A stretch of DNA of 48,785 nucleotides, the filler included, from Catajapyx aquilonaris (lineage: Eukaryota), in the NCBI GenBank assembly GCA_000934665.2. It is 3 parts of 3 records of this genome, joined end to end, with 100 filler letters (N's around TTAATTAATTAA, not from the genome) between each part and the next. Parts side by side here need not be neighbours in the genome. Positions count along the whole stretch, not along the records: positions 32,598 to 48,785 come from JYFJ02007262.1; 2 more parts are not named here. The stretch is one strand, 5' to 3'. Position 1 is the stretch's first letter. Every line of letters starts with the position of its first letter. The position numbers and the translations under genes were made by a program. This document shows positions 47,273 to 48,785 of the stretch, one piece after another. The notes beneath the pieces are model-generated. The model had not been told where the DNA came from. It saw nothing but the letters and a program-made list of their open reading frames with translations, and ran no database searches.

Positions 47273-48553
47273 CTGTGTACAGACAGAGTGTGTTACAGGT
47301 GTGAATATTAGCCTAGCTCTCGTGGAACCTCTGCATACTTCAACTATGTAACACTAACTCCTGCTGAACGTCCGTCAATTAAGTCCGAATCCACCATATC
47401 CGCCATGTAAAGATTAAGCGATAATATCCATTAGGGCAATGATGCCCCAACCTGTGGGATTACAAACTTTCAGGATGTAACAAGCTTCTTTGGTACTTGG
47501 GATGCTGCACTTGTCAGGTTGTGTTACCCCGATGTAAGCGACCCAAATCGGATTAGAGGACGAGGACTAAGCATTCAGATGGAAATGCAGCATAAAAATG
47601 GCTTTCATCAGCCATACGTTACACGAATTTTTAAAAAGTTGTATACCGACCCAACCGACCGGTATGAAGAGGACATGTACTTTTTTTTTCTTCTTAAGAG
47701 GGTCAACTCTCTCTGTCTCTCTCTGTGCGACATGGCATAATTGGAGAGGCAATAGCTCGGAGTGATCTTGTCAGTCCCATTTGCATTTTAAAAACTTCCG
47801 TCACCTGCCTGGTGCACATAGACTGATGGTCTGATTCGCTGAGGAGTGAAAGGCTTTAATTGGCGGGTCCTTTTGTAGGTGACATGAGGTGGAGGGCAGC
47901 CTGGGCGGTTTGCACTTCAAAGCGCGACCATTACCACGGTTTCCGCCCTTCAACAGCCTCCCCTTTCCTCTCCATCTCCTTTTCCCTCCCACCACCACCA
48001 CCGGAAGCACAGCTTCAAACGGGGGTTCGTTTTTACAGCCAGTTAAACACTCCACTTTCCAACACCGCATTGTTATCGCTACACATACACGATAGGGGAA
48101 GATCCCCCCCGCCGGCTTAATCTTCCCCGCCCAAAACATGTCCAAAATGTAGTGCAGGCATTACAGGCAATCAACTTCAAAGTGGATGAAATTTGGCACC
48201 TGTTGGTTTACTTGGAAACCCTCACTGGCACTGGCAGACTGCTGCTGTTGAATACCCTTTTACTTCAGAAGTAAGAGAGACAGCTTCTATTTTTTCAAAA
48301 AAAAAAAAAAATCTTGGTTAGCTGAAGAATTTTTCCTATTGGCATCTTTATAGTTTGTCCTGCACTGTGTAGTTTAATGCCCACTTATTTGAAACATAAT
48401 AGAATCGGCTATAGGCAAATTGACTCATCACCTAGTAGGTAGTAGTTACCATAGCTTTCACTTTCCCCGTTCAACAATTAGAGGACTTTGTCCGCGCAGT
48501 GACTCATCACCAACGTGCCTGTAGTACCATTTGCTCCCTGTGCATGCCTATGC

Positions 48554-48785
48554 CAGGGAGCATACACTACATAAGAGGCGCCTTTGATGTTCGCGTCTCT
48601 CTGTTTGGGGCCGTTGCCAAGGCTGGCGGCCATCTTAAAGTGTGGGGAAAGCCAACGGGGTATAGGGCACAGGCAAAAATAGGGCCCGCCATCTTTGATG
48701 GTTTTGGCGGCCATGGCAACTACACGACAAGAACACGCGCGAATCAAAGATGAGGACCCTATTTTTGCCTGTACCCTATTTATAC
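48554..48785. mobile_element. MITE family A copy 4 (runs off the window end)
   Basis: cagggagcatacactacataagaggcgcc... with the same internal modules; a short deletion near the left end. Confidence 0.82.

Noticed and set aside
34244..48753. Recurrent similar ORFs (e.g. AAILKCGERQRGINRVQ, MAAKTIKDGGP)
   Set aside because: Translations of the palindromic non-coding MITE family A, with inconsistent frames between copies.

Overview
Eukaryotic, most likely arthropod (probably hexapod), genomic scaffold. Evidence: short GT-AG introns, divergent ionotropic receptors, a JHEH-type epoxide hydrolase, insect-type tRNA SINEs and TTAGG-like repeats. Two artificial 100-nt gap spacers (N...TTAATTAATTAA...N at 16196-16295 and 32498-32597) divide it into three blocks. 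Block 1 (1-16195) holds an MpaB/Lcp-like (DUF2236) oxygenase gene followed by a tandem array of four intact divergent ionotropic chemoreceptor (IR) genes. Block 2 (16296-32497) holds the last exon of isopentenyl-diphosphate isomerase (IDI), a complete KICS2/C12orf66 gene, a complete microsomal/juvenile-hormone epoxide hydrolase, and two tandem crotonase-family genes, the second incomplete. Block 3 (32598-48785) has no convincing protein gene and is a dense mosaic of MITEs, SINEs and microsatellites. Four observations stand out. The three IR lineages share no intron position, and their introns carry one repeat family, suggesting recent intron gain. A fossil duplication breakpoint shows how IR4 arose. 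Several isoprenoid/JH-related enzyme genes sit together. A palindromic MITE family has 7-bp target duplications. Exon coordinates were derived by hand from splice signals and frame continuity; homology calls rest on recalled motifs, not database searches.
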